This document shows positions 10,526 to 22,676 of a stretch of 64,000 nt of DNA, in pieces. How positions within the stretch are numbered: position 1 is the stretch's first letter; each line of letters opens with the position of its first letter. The notes under the pieces were generated by a model. That model was not told the DNA's origin. It did not search any database and saw only the letters and a list, made by a program, of their open reading frames with translations. Source of the stretch: Azolla caroliniana (lineage: Eukaryota > Plantae > Polypodiophyta). The stretch covers positions 372,001-436,000 of the forward strand of contig JBHGNT010000015.1 in NCBI GenBank assembly GCA_043228905.1, in the 5' to 3' direction. The position numbers and the translations under genes were made by a program.

Positions 10526-13229
10526 ATGGAGCGATTTTCCGATGAAGTTAGGTTAGTGACTATAGCCACATTGGCTATTTTGCTGCTTCTCTCCGCCGCT
10601 TTTCCACCCCTGCTGGTTCGAGCGGGAGACGGCTTCGATTTCCTCACTTGGAATGTGAGCTACCGAAGCCTCGCAATTCTCGGCAACATTCCGAAGAAGG
10701 TAAGCAAAACTTGCTACTACTAATCCACATAAATGAAAGCCATTCACTTATACTGGGAAGGTAAAGTTACATTGTGGGGACATTGAATCAATCCATTTGT
10801 TTCAAGTTTTGATTTTGAGCTTGATTTATACATTAGGTTATTACGATCAATGGCCAATTCCCCGGTCCAGAAATCGACTCCGTCACCAACGACAACCTCG
10901 TGATTAACGTCTACAACAGCCTCGATGAGCCCTTACTAATTACATGGTCAGTGTGTCTTTAATTCATTCTCAAAATCATTCTCAATGTGTTTAATCCTCA
11001 TTAATCATTCTCTGTGATTTGCTGCAGGAATGGGATCTGGCAGAGGCGAACATCGTGGCAAGACGGTGTGACTGGAACTAACTGCCCGATCCCACCGGGT
11101 CGCAACTTCACATACAACTTCCAGGTGAAAGATCAGATCGGGTCCTACTTCTACTTCCCTAGTACTGGCTTCCAGAAAGCCGCGGGTGGCTATGGCGGCT
11201 TCAAGGTCGACAATCGCATCATCATACCACTGCCTTACCCGTCACCCGACGGCGAATTCTTCGTGTTGATCGGGGATTGGTACAATGCAAATCACACTGT
11301 AATTATCACCTCCATAAACCTGTGTCTATGATCACCACCATCATCATCATCTCTTGGACTAGTGCATTGTATGAAATACAGCTAGGCTAAGACCAAAAGA
11401 AAAACCCTAGCTATCATGAATATATGTGGGAGGGAATGAATGTACTTCACACGAATAATAAAACATTGGTTGATTTTCCCGCAGACATTGCGAGCTAAGC
11501 TAGATGCGGGTGGGAGGCTGGGTTTGCCGGACGGTGTCCTTATCAACGGGCGGGGCCCATACGGGACAACGGTAAACATCCAACCGGGGAAGACATACCG
11601 GCTCCGAATCTCGAATGTCGGGATCGCGACCTCGTTGAATTTCCGGGTGCAAGGCCACAAGATGCTGATGGTAGAGACGGAGGGCTCGCACACGGCACAG
11701 AACCTATACGAGGAGCTCGACATACATGTGGGGCAATCGTACTCGGTGCTCGTGACGGCCAACCAGGCGCCTGGGGACTACTACATGGTGGCAAGCACCC
11801 GCTTCACAAATCCTGTCCTCACCGGAATCGGAATTCTCCACTACACCAACTCCCAGTTCCGCCTTACGGGTCCTCCGCCCGCTGGCCCCACCATTCAAAT
11901 TGACCACTCCTTGAACCAGGCTAGGACCATAAGGTAAGCATTTCATTTGGTTGGTACCAATCTTTGCACACATTCATTCCCACACACACAAATGTGATTC
12001 ATATCATAGTACCAACCTTTGCACACATTCATTCACACACACACAAATGTGATTCATATCAGCGATTTGATTCGGCCGCCGACATTGTGTACAAGTTTCT
12101 TGATGAGCTTTTCGATATGTATATGTATGCAGGTGGAACCTGACGGCGAATGCGGCGCGGCCGAATCCTCAGGGCTCTTTTCACTATGGGATGATCAATG
12201 TCACGCGGACACTGCTCTTGTACGGGTCGGCGCCCGTGATCAATGGGAAGCAACGCTACGCGGTCAACGGGATCTCGTATCTCGCGCCCGACACACCCCT
12301 CAAGCTCGCGGATTACTTCAACCTTCAGGGAGTGTTTGGGCTGGGGTCAATGCCCGACAGCCCGACCGGCTCGAATTCCGGGAGCCTCGGGGTCGGGGTC
12401 GTGGCCGCCGACTTCCACGCGTTCCTCGAGGTCGTGTTCCAGAACAACGAACCCGTGGTGAACAGCTGGCACATCGACGGCTACTCCTTCTTCGTCGTTG
12501 GGTGAGTGAGTTTCATCAAACTTAGTGTGATCCAACCATGGGAGCTTTGGAAGTGAATTAATTTTATGATTGGGTGAGCTATGGATTGAATTGTCATGAA
12601 TTTTCTCGATGATGATCATAGAATGGACGGAGGCGTGTGGACACCGAGCAACCGGAAGGAGTACAATCTGTTCGACGGAATCTCAAGATCCACGGTCCAG
12701 GTAGTAGTGATGATGTTTGTGTTTAGGTTTAGGGTTTTTATGGTCTAGGGTTTTTAGGGTTTAGGGCTTAGGGTTTATGTGAGGCTTGTCCCCCTTACAT
12801 ATGATTTAGGGTTTGGTGCTTACAGTTTAGGGTTTAGGGTTTAGGGTTTATGTGAGGCTTGTCCCCCTTACATATGATTTAGGGTTTAGTGCTTACAGTT
12901 TAGGGTTTAGGGTTTATGTGTGGCTTGTCCCCCTTACATATGTATATGTGATGGGCATTGTACAAATGTAAAATCTATGACTCTCATGTTTGCAAGTATT
13001 TTCTACTCTTATTTATCTATAGGTGTACCCCCACTCGTGGACGGCTGTGCTCCTCGAACTCGATAATGTGGGCATGTGGAATGTCCGGTCACAACTGTGG
13101 GAGAGGGCGTATGGTGGACAACAATTCTACATCCGCGTCTTTAGCCAAGAGATGTCTTTTCGCAACGAAGCGCCTATCCCTTCTAATGTTTTGCTCTGTG
13201 GTCGTGCCGCTCGCCGGCCATCTTCGTAA
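10526..13229 (+). CDS. SKU5-similar (SKS) monocopper-oxidase-like cupredoxin, secreted, 7 exons
   Basis: Exons 10526-10699, 10837-10946, 11028-11298, 11485-11933, 12133-12501, 12622-12700 and 13023-13229 (GT-AG, phases consistent). Signal peptide; INGQFPGP, TWNGIWQRRTSWQDGV, KDQIGSYFYFPS, YRLRISNVG, RWNLTANAARPNPQGSFHYG, WHIDGYSFFVVG, LDNVGMWNVRS. Multicopper His ligands are largely missing, as in SKS proteins; no GPI-type hydrophobic tail. Confidence 0.95.
11953..12061. repeat. ~56-bp tandem duplication in SKS intron 4
   Basis: GTACCAA(T/C)CTTTGCACACATTCATTC(C/A)CACACACACAAATGTGATTCATATCA twice. Confidence 0.9.
12721..12942 (+). repeat. Interstitial telomere-like (TTTAGGG) repeats forming a 73/66-bp minisatellite in SKS intron 6
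   Basis: Unit GGGTTTATGTG(A/T)GGCTTGTCCCCCTTACATATG...GCTTACAG(TTTAGGG)n starts at 12771, 12844 and 12910. Confidence 0.9.
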
Positions 13230-13715
13230 TAACACAAATTATTACTATTCAATCCCCAATTCAACATTGAAGACCTTATATTATTATTATTTCCATATGA
13301 AAGACTTGCCCCCTCCCCTCTCTCTCTCTCCATATATAATATGAAGTGGAGGTTGATGTAAGCAACAATCATCTCATTGTATTATTACATCTCTACCTTC
13401 CACCATGTCAACTACTTCTTATCAATCCTCTCAATTGCTCACCAATGAGTAAAGAGTGTTTTTCCTTCTTCTCATAATGAAAGACTCTTTCGATTGATTG
13501 ATTGTTGTTAAATCAAGCACTCATCTCTCTCATCTTTAAAGTAGATTGTGGAATAAAAATCTTTGGAATGGGATCGAACATGAGCCTTAATAACAAGTGG
13601 TATGGTGTATATTTTCGCGATTGTCCACAATGCGATAGTGGTAACCTCTTTGGATATGCATAGTGTGATATCTATGGCTAGCTAGTGTCTAGTATCTAGT
13701 TTGTAAGGTGCCATT

Positions 13716-13950
13716 TACCCTTTATCTCACATCTTAAAAGCTAGTTGTACCCTACCAAAGGCACCCACTCACATGTAGGGGTTTCTTTAAAGGTTCCACC
13801 ATTTCTATTACAGTTAAAAAAATAAAAAGAGGCATAAAAAAGCACACATTCTATGGCACTTTCCTCGAGATATTCAGATACCTACATGAGTGGAGTTGTT
13901 CTTTGTTGTATAGGGAAAATGTTTCAAGGTGGAGATAAAAACTACCAAGA
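13716..13950. mobile_element. Degenerate inverted-repeat (MITE-like) remnant
   Basis: TATCTCACATCTTAAAA pairs imperfectly with TTTCAAGGTGGAGATA, and CCACTCACATGTAGG with CCTACATGAGTGG. No TSD recognised. Confidence 0.35.
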
Positions 13951-16427
13951 TCTAGAAGCGTGTTTCCAACACGGGAAGCAATTTAAATATATATCCTTTT
14001 CGGCACTTCAATTAATTTAAAGCATACCATTGAAATTTTCACCTTGGAAGCTATTTAGAATGCACATAGATACATTGAATGCTACATACACTTCAAAGCA
14101 AAAGAGATGGTTTTGATTTTTGAAAAAAAGAAAAAGAAAAAAAGAGGGATGGTTTTGATGCTCACTTTATCTAGGTGCATCCTTGTTTGTCAAAGAGATG
14201 GTCAGACAAATCATTATGCAACCGCGTACCAAAAGACAAACAACAAAGTGAAAGCATGGGAAGATGATACAAAAGAGAGTGTCACGCTTTACATATATTT
14301 GTTGATATTGTTGTTTCCTAGACAAATTTTTTATCTATCACGGAAAGGTGTTTAATTAATAGAGATGAACTTGAATTTGTTGGTTAATTCTAGGGGGTGG
14401 AAAGGATAGTCCTTTAAGCAACGGGGTGGGTTTCATGATAGTGTATTTTTCTCGATTCGGTCCAATTACGTGGCTCTCTTAACTCTAGAAATATATTGTA
14501 TAAATAACCTTAAACTAACCATTACCCATAACTGTTGTCAATTAATAGCCCTTTTTGTCTTGATCTTTTCCTTGCTTTCCCCCAAAAATGTGTGTGGGCT
14601 TTTCATTTCGTGTTTTTAAACATGGAATTCTCCAATTGAAACACGAATAATACTCCATTCCCAAGGAATCACACATTGGCATTGACTGACCTAGGAAAAA
14701 CACGTCTATGCATAGTTCTCTTTGAATACCCTTTTGTTTGATGGGCCTTTTACACTAGTTATTTCCTAATGTGCCACTATTGTGAAATAATAGTTTAATC
14801 TATAGCATTCACTCTCTACCCACTTGATGCAAAGAAACACTTGGATTTCATTGTTTAGTATATGTTCCTTGAATTCTCAAGTATGCTCATGTGCATTCAT
14901 TCTACTATTTGTAAGGCATAACCATTATGATCATGAATGACATCATGCATTGTGCCATTGTGAGAATTCTCTTGAACCTCTTTTCGATGCTCTGAATATT
15001 TTGCTCTACAATCATCCATGTGTTCTTTCGGTCATTGGTAGACCTTTGACAAAATTAGAGTGTTTGTATTTTTAATATGCCCATAAAAAAATATTATTTA
15101 TCCATTGTCACCATTGCTAAGTGCTTAAACAATTGCTCTTGAATATGCCAAAACCTTAACAAGATTCAAGGTTTTAAGATCCACTTGTCAAGAACCATGA
15201 ATAATCATGAATGCATTATGCTTCACACAATCAAGAAAGATAAAAGAATGCTAGAAATCACAAAGGTTTATCTCTCACACACAATGTCGTGATTTCAAAC
15301 ATGTCATTTCACAAGCATGCCGACCACCATGTAGAGGTGCACATTACTTCCTTCCAATTTTCACAAAGTTAAAAAATTGTTGATGAATTTTTATTATGTA
15401 CCTACCTAAATTAAGTCAAACATATAATAACTCAACACATGTATATAAAAAACCAATATGAAACTAACTTCATATGCTCGTACAAGCTAGTGACTTCATA
15501 CCCCTCATGACCTCTTTTTTTTTTTACTCGATTGGCACAATTCCCTTACCTTCGCTTGAAGCCTTATGTTCCTAAAATTTACATAGAAAATGTTGGTTTG
15601 TTACTCTTGAGTCGTCCCTATACCATAGAACACTAATTCCGAAGAATTTCGATCAATGGAAACAATGGTTCTTACTACTCATTGTTTCTCATGTAAGACT
15701 TACTCCACAATTATTGCTGTGAAGTGTTGCTACTCATGAAAAGGTTTGGTCTGAATTATTGCCCTCGTCAACTACTCTCACGTGTCAAATAATCTCGTCA
15801 CATTCGAAAACCTGAATTTAGACTTGTGGATAGGCTCTTATGTCTTAGTTCTTTAATTTGAATCTCATCTCTCGGTATTGTTAATTTTAGTGCCCTTTGT
15901 GAGACATATACCCTTGGTCTCCCATTCCTTTTACTCTTTTACTTCTTTTATTTTGGTTTCTTTATTTTTTATTACTCTTTTACTTCTTTTATTTATACCA
16001 TGTCACTTTGTTTTAAACATTCCACAAGGTTCTAACTTGGACTTTTTTTGTCATTTTACTTGCATATTGTTGTAACTACTCCTTACTACATATTTTTACG
16101 GTTTGACTCTATCTTCACTCCATTCACAAGCCATAGTTTCTTTTGTCACATGTATTTAAAATAACGTCAAAAACTTTTGCAAGGTATGCAATTTACCCTC
16201 ATAGAGCTCGTGGTTCTTGCAACACGAGTTATATGGGCATTATTGTGCTGCTTATGTAGTAGGAAACCACCACCAAGTTTCATCGTACTAAGTCTAAGGA
16301 TTACTACATATTAGTAGAGTATGATTAAAGAGGATAAAAAGAGTGGAAGGAACCAATCAATAGTGGGAAAGAGCGACGGTATGATCGAGGGGAGAAAGAG
16401 TGGTAACGATTTATAAAAAGTCGAAAT

Positions 16428-16996
16428 CATAGTACGTAAAATTCGTGTTCGTCAGCCATATCATTCGTTTTCCTATGTTGGAAAACGAACACGAATGATA
16501 TTAAAAATTTTGTGTGTTTTTTTTTTCATTTTTTCCCTCTTCTCCTCTATACACGTAACGTTACACTCTCCTCTCCTCTCCCACGTAGCCTCGAACGATC
16601 TGCACAGTGCATACCAACGACTCACGACATTCAGGTATAATTAGGTTTAATAATCGGTATTAGGGTTTAAATTTCTAAAAGGAAATTTCAGAAATTTTAT
16701 CATCTCTGAAATTTCATCACTGAAATTTAAACCCTAATACCTATTATTAAACCTAATTATACCTGAATGTCGAGAGTCGTTGGTATGCATTGTGTAGATC
16801 GTTCGAGGCTAGGTGGGAGAGGAGAGGAGAGCGTAATGTTACGTGCAGAGGAGAAGGGGGGAAAAGAGGGAAAAAACAAAAAGAAAATGAAAAAATGAAA
16901 AAAAAAACACATGAATTTTTTAATATCATTCGTGTTCGTTTTCCAACGTAGGAAAACGAATGATATGGCTGACGAACACGAATTTTACGTACTATG
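16428..16996. mobile_element. Foldback (long inverted repeat) non-autonomous element, ~570 bp
   Basis: CATAGTACGTAAAATTCGTGTTCGTCAGCCATATCATTCG... pairs with ...CGAATGATATGGCTGACGAACACGAATTTTACGTACTATG. Arms of ~250 bp pair almost to the centre (~16680-16725). Confidence 0.9.
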
Positions 16997-19900
16997 GTTG
17001 GTAGTGTAAATGACTTACCACTAGGGTAAGCTAATTACAATAAAAAGAGAGAGAGACCTAACTCAACAATGGGTTTTTTCACACTATATTCAAAATGGTC
17101 CAAATGTAGAGATAGAAGACTCGATATTGTTCCAAATTTGGGGAGTACAACACAATTGAAATATGTGTAATGCTTTCATGTTTGATGGTAGACATGGGGG
17201 TAAAAGCCTATACGAAGAAGTTGAATGGTATTCTTATGTGGAATTTTGGATGTTAAACCATGTGGGGATCATTTCCTAAAATGAATATTCAGGTTTTCTA
17301 TGGTGTTTCTCGCTCTCTACATAGGATCGGATAGATAGGTAGAGGAGACTAAGAAGTGTTGTAACAAGTGGATTTTACATACAATTAATATAATTGTGTA
17401 CTTTTACTAGAGAGAGAGAGAGAGAGGAACACATCACTTAATATTCGACGTCATTTTATGGGAAAGGACGAGTTTCACCATAATATATGGGACAAAGAGA
17501 TTATAAACTTGCTACATAAACATGTCCATTAGACAAAAAAACTTTTCTTCAAAATTGAGTTACACTAAATGCGATTTACATGAATTCGGATGGCTTCGTG
17601 ATGTCAATGAATTGGAGCCAACTTTGCTCAAAACATGTATTAGGGTCCTTATAAGTTATGACATGACCTACTTAACTATGACAAAAAGACTGTTCATTCC
17701 ATACTCATTTTCAATAAATTTGTTGTCATGAAGGGTTTTCATTGTCACCACTATTTTCTCCATTTGTTGAACCAAGGAGATTGGGTTAGATTTGAGGAAA
17801 AATGAAGCATGTGCATTTTGAAGCCCAATGAAGAAATTGCTGGCAATAGACCACTAGATCCCTGTAATTTTTATCATTCCCATGGCCATACAATCAGTGT
17901 AGTGAATAATATTCATAAATAGAATTTGTGTCAAAGCAATTCAGGATTTACATACTTCATGTACTCTTTAATCTTTCGTCGAAGCTGAAGATATGCAAAC
18001 TTGTGGTCAAATTTACATCTTAGCAATGGTTGCTGTAATAATGTTGGGATTTCACATAATTTGTGATATTAGTGGCCATTCCTTTGTGGGACGAATTCAA
18101 TCGAATGAAGACTATCCTTCCATATTTACAACTGTGAACATTATTACAAGATCTACTAGGATAATGGAGTCAAGTGCTATCTTTGTTGTAGGCAGCATCA
18201 GAAATCCTAGAATTGCAAAGTAGAAGCACTTCCAGAAGTTGGTTCAACTAGCAAGTCCATACAAGCTGTATATGTGTTACATCTATGTATATGATTCAAT
18301 GTAACACACACTATAATTGAGTGTTTTTAATCACAATATGATGTAAGTCTAGTTCTTGCATCATTTGACTAGTAAGAAAAGATCCTGTCCAGATTTTGCA
18401 AACAAATTCCAAGCAATGTTGTAACTGTACATGTCAATCTGAGCGAAGCAAGCTCATTTAGTCTTCCATGGATGGAAATGTGTGACAAAACAATCTCAAA
18501 TATCTCAGTTTGGGTAGTGAAAATCATCAATCGGAACCAGTCATAAATTATGCACACACACACACACACAAAAAAAATGCTAAGTACATTGTTCCCTGAT
18601 ATTTATGTTACTGTAATATTAGGCCAGGTATAATAGAATACCAGCTAGCCCTTACATGGACTCTAGATAGCTAGCTAGTATACACAGCTTGACATAAGAA
18701 ATTGATGCTTAGCATATGTTTCAGGTTATGACCATTAAGAATACATTGGGCAGGAGGCACATATGCTGATTCCTTTATAATTTCTTTCATTGATTATGAA
18801 TTCTCTATTTCTTTTCTACAAACTTTGGATGTAACAGAACTTTCTTTCTATGGCCTATATTTTCTCTTACTGTCAGTTGTATTTATTGAACTGTAACTAA
18901 TTTGTACTAGCTGTTGTTGCTTTCTTGGAAGCTTTGGGTTTCAAAATGGATATATTCAACATTAATCTTGTGGATATTCAATCCATTTTATAGATCTACA
19001 AAATGGAGGAAACCATGGCATTGCCTTAGATAAGAGAAAAACAAATCCATGTAGAAAAGTTTTTTGCATAAAAGAGCGCAATTTTTAAACCGTTTCTGCA
19101 TATTAAAGAATTTATGCATAGAATCTATACGTTTTTCCACAAAAAAAAAAAAACAATTTATATGTTTTTAGGTTCTTTCTGAATAAAGCAGCTCAATTCC
19201 ATCCTTTTCGGCTCAAACGAAAAAAAGTTTAAATTGTAACTCTGTCTCTGCATAAAAAAAGAAGAAAAGAACACATTCCGATACTAATCTGCATAAAAAG
19301 GAGTGTCTTCTTCTGATATTACGTAACTTGATGCATGAGATATAACGCATTCCCATTTGTTTCAAAGGAGCCATCAAATTCAGAATACGATTTGCCAATT
19401 ATTCATGTAGGGATAGGCTTTGACAACACCAAATTATTTTATGTGCATCATGGAATTTCAAGATACAAAAAACGCTTCTCTATAAAGAATATAGACTAGT
19501 CCAAAGTGCTACTTTGGAACAATCCTAGGCTTAGTAATAAGGACCATCAACGTAAACGATTCTTGAACGAGAAGTTCCACCACTCCACTGAATGCAACTA
19601 ATATTTGTTTCGATAACTGGCACAACGGAATCTATGATGCGTCCAGTTATGCACACATCGAGAAGACCCCTTGGGACAATTTGTCGTAGGCATGAGACCT
19701 AACCTTGACGTGATGAATCAATTTCAATCGCGTTTTTTATAAACCATGTGTTCTATGTTGTGACACTAGAGATGCCAATGTGGAATGTAGGGGTTGAATA
19801 TGTAACAACCTCTTGGTCTCTATCAAACAACAACCTTACCAATCAAAATCTTGACCATTGTTTTAGGATCATCGAGTGTTGCTTGAAACTATGTTATGCA

Positions 19901-20157
19901 TTGGATGATAGCATGAGGGATACAAAGACGACAACAACAACAAAAATATATCAGTAACATATTGAGTACATTTTCTGTTATTTTTGTTGACCAAGAGACT
20001 TCCTCATAGCTTTCTTTTTCAATGTCACCTTAATTTATCATGAAATTTCACAATATCCCGAGTGTGTCTTCACAATAATCTCTTTTCAAATGCCATAATT
20101 TTCCATAATTTCTACTCATACATTATGTATGTGCACTCATTATCTCAGGTTACCTAC

Positions 20158-20189
<32 letters not shown>

Positions 20190-20835
20190 CTTGGGAGAAA
20201 ATACTACTCTTCAAATAGTTATTTTGCAACAATCAACATGGAAAAAGGTGCATGGGTGCTTGTGCTTTATAACCTTAAGGTCATGTTATAAATTGGTAAA
20301 AACGTATACATGGATTGCAAATGACATTGAGAGTGCTTAATTCCCTCCTCTTTTACATTGCTTATTAATATGTATTTGTTTGCACCTTCATATGGCCCTC
20401 AAATGAGGTGGATCATCTAGTGTATTCATGCATGATTGCCAATAAGGTGATCTTCTGATGGTAGATCTTTGCATAGTTCTTGGAAATATTCGTGAAATTA
20501 TCTATGCTACATTGTGAAGGATTCACAATTACGCTTTTAGGTTGGATGGTACATTAAGTTACACTTGTGTTTCAAGAAAGTCATATAGTAGAATTCTTCA
20601 CTCAAACTCACAATTATCACACTTCATACCTTGTGAACCTTATTGGTATGTCAATGATTGCCTTAAGTTGCCACCAACGTAGTTGCTATTTGCGAATGAT
20701 CACAATTAGACCTTATATGACAATGTACCCTATAACAAACTTGCATAAAATCTCTCTTACATCTTTGAGCATTAACAGTAGTGGATCTCTCCTTTGTTAC
20801 AACATTGAGCACACTATGCTAGATGATTGATTATA

Positions 20836-20970
20836 GGGAAAAGTACCAGGATACCCCTAGAAGTTCGTCTATTTACCAAAATGGACATAGGGGTAGTTTG
20901 GTAAATTTGGAACTTCCAAGGGCATTCTGGTAAATAGGCAAACTTCCAGGGGTATCCTGGTACTTTTCCC
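20836..20970. mobile_element. Mutator-type MITE (135 bp)
   Basis: TIR GGGAAAAGTACCAGGATACCCCT / AGGGGTATCCTGGTACTTTTCCC extending inward imperfectly; perfect 9-bp TSD TTGATTATA (20827-20835 and 20971-20979). Confidence 0.93.
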
Positions 20971-22676
20971 TTGATTATATTGTAACATAACCCTAACCTT
21001 CATACATAGATGGGAAGAGTTCATTGCATTCTCTTTAAGCTCCATACATAAATTGGAAGAGTGCATTACGTTTTCTTTAGTTCGTCACATAATAGGTCAT
21101 TTTGAACCCCTGTGTGACCCCACACACACACTCTCTCTCTCTCTCTCTCAAAGATCTTACAAGCATTTTGTGTCATATCACATGTGAAGTAGCAAAAGTT
21201 GTGATTGATACCTTTGTTGGTTGACATAAAATCCAACAAGAATAAATACATCAAAGGGAAGATGTGTATCGCTTTCACGTCGATAAAATCAAATGTATTC
21301 ATTGATACGAACACATCGAGATTTGTTTGATTACCCAAGAACAATTACAAAGACAAGGAATGATTCAATGAAGGATCCATGGCCCCTGTCGAGTGTGAAG
21401 AAACTCGAGGGCATGTATCAAAATAAAAACCGAAAAGGCTCGGAATCGGCCTCCGAAGAAGAATATATGGATTGGGTTGGATTTTTAATTTGGTCATAAC
21501 TATAAGAAAAGACATGTGCAAATTATAAGAGAGATTTTGTGTGTGTGGGTGTGTTAGTTACTGAGACTGGAGTGCAGGTTAGTTAGCTCAAAGCAAAAAG
21601 ATGGTTTGATGGTTTTGTTTTAGATGGGATTGAGAGAGAGAGAGGCCATCCATCCATCCTTCCTTCCTTCCTTCCTTCCCATAGAAATCATATGACCTCT
21701 CAAAATTAGGTCAAACCCAGAAACTCAGAATAAAAAAGAAGGCTTTCTTTCTCTCTTCTTTTCTTTCTTGCTTTTGTTTCTTTTACAGTGGAGAAAATAA
21801 AGGAAACCAAACCCAGAAAACTTTAAGACAGGGACAACCAATACAGAACAGATTCAGACATCCACCCACCCATATACATATACTGTTATACATATGTATA
21901 TATATACATACATATATTGATTTTATGTGTTTTTTTTTTATCTTTTAATCAGTCGGCTATGGCAGACAAAGAAGTTCTATACCATTATTCAAACTTGCTT
22001 ACTCATTAACTCATACAAATACAGTTTTAAGAAAAGGGAAAAAGAAAACCCAGGTAAAGTATATTCTGCATAGATAAATCCTACTCATAAATAGCCTTTT
22101 TCCAAACTTCCTTTATGAGAGAGAGAGAGAGGGAGACAGACAGGGAGCTTGAATTTGAGTTTCCAAATTCCCACAAAAGATTTCGATGAGAAAGAACAAC
22201 TGATTTGTTCCATCCTTTCCAAATTTGGATGCTTATCTAACTGTTTTTTTACACTAAAAAAGATTGTCTATGAGTTGCCTTAAATGTGTATGTGTGTGGA
22301 TGTCATGGAAGCTTTCATTTGGATTGTTTTCTTTACTCATTCCTGATGATGATAGGACCCTCTGTCTAATCTCTCACTCCTTCACAATCAATCCCATCAT
22401 ATGTATATACATATCATATTCTTTTCACCACCATGTGTGTGAACCTCTTGTGGTGCTTCTTTTCTATCACTAATCATGTGTTGTATGACTAAATATCAAG
22501 TTAAAATCAATCTTTCCTACCTCCTTTGTCCTTTGTTTTCCATTGGTTTTTCGCCTTCTATCCTTGTCCATGTCACCTCACATTGTTTACCTTCGTCCAA
22601 CGCGCCCTCATGCCACATGTGTCAAAAACGTTCTCATTCGTAAAATGTCTCGTATGCATGCAGGTGCAAACAAATT

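Noticed and set aside
11382-12619. Several antisense and alternate-frame ORFs over the SKS gene
   Set aside because: Shadow ORFs expected from GC-rich coding sequence; no independent motifs.
12771-12942. Repeat-spacer-like layout in the SKS intron
   Set aside because: The spacers are copies of each other, so it is a minisatellite, not an acquisition array.
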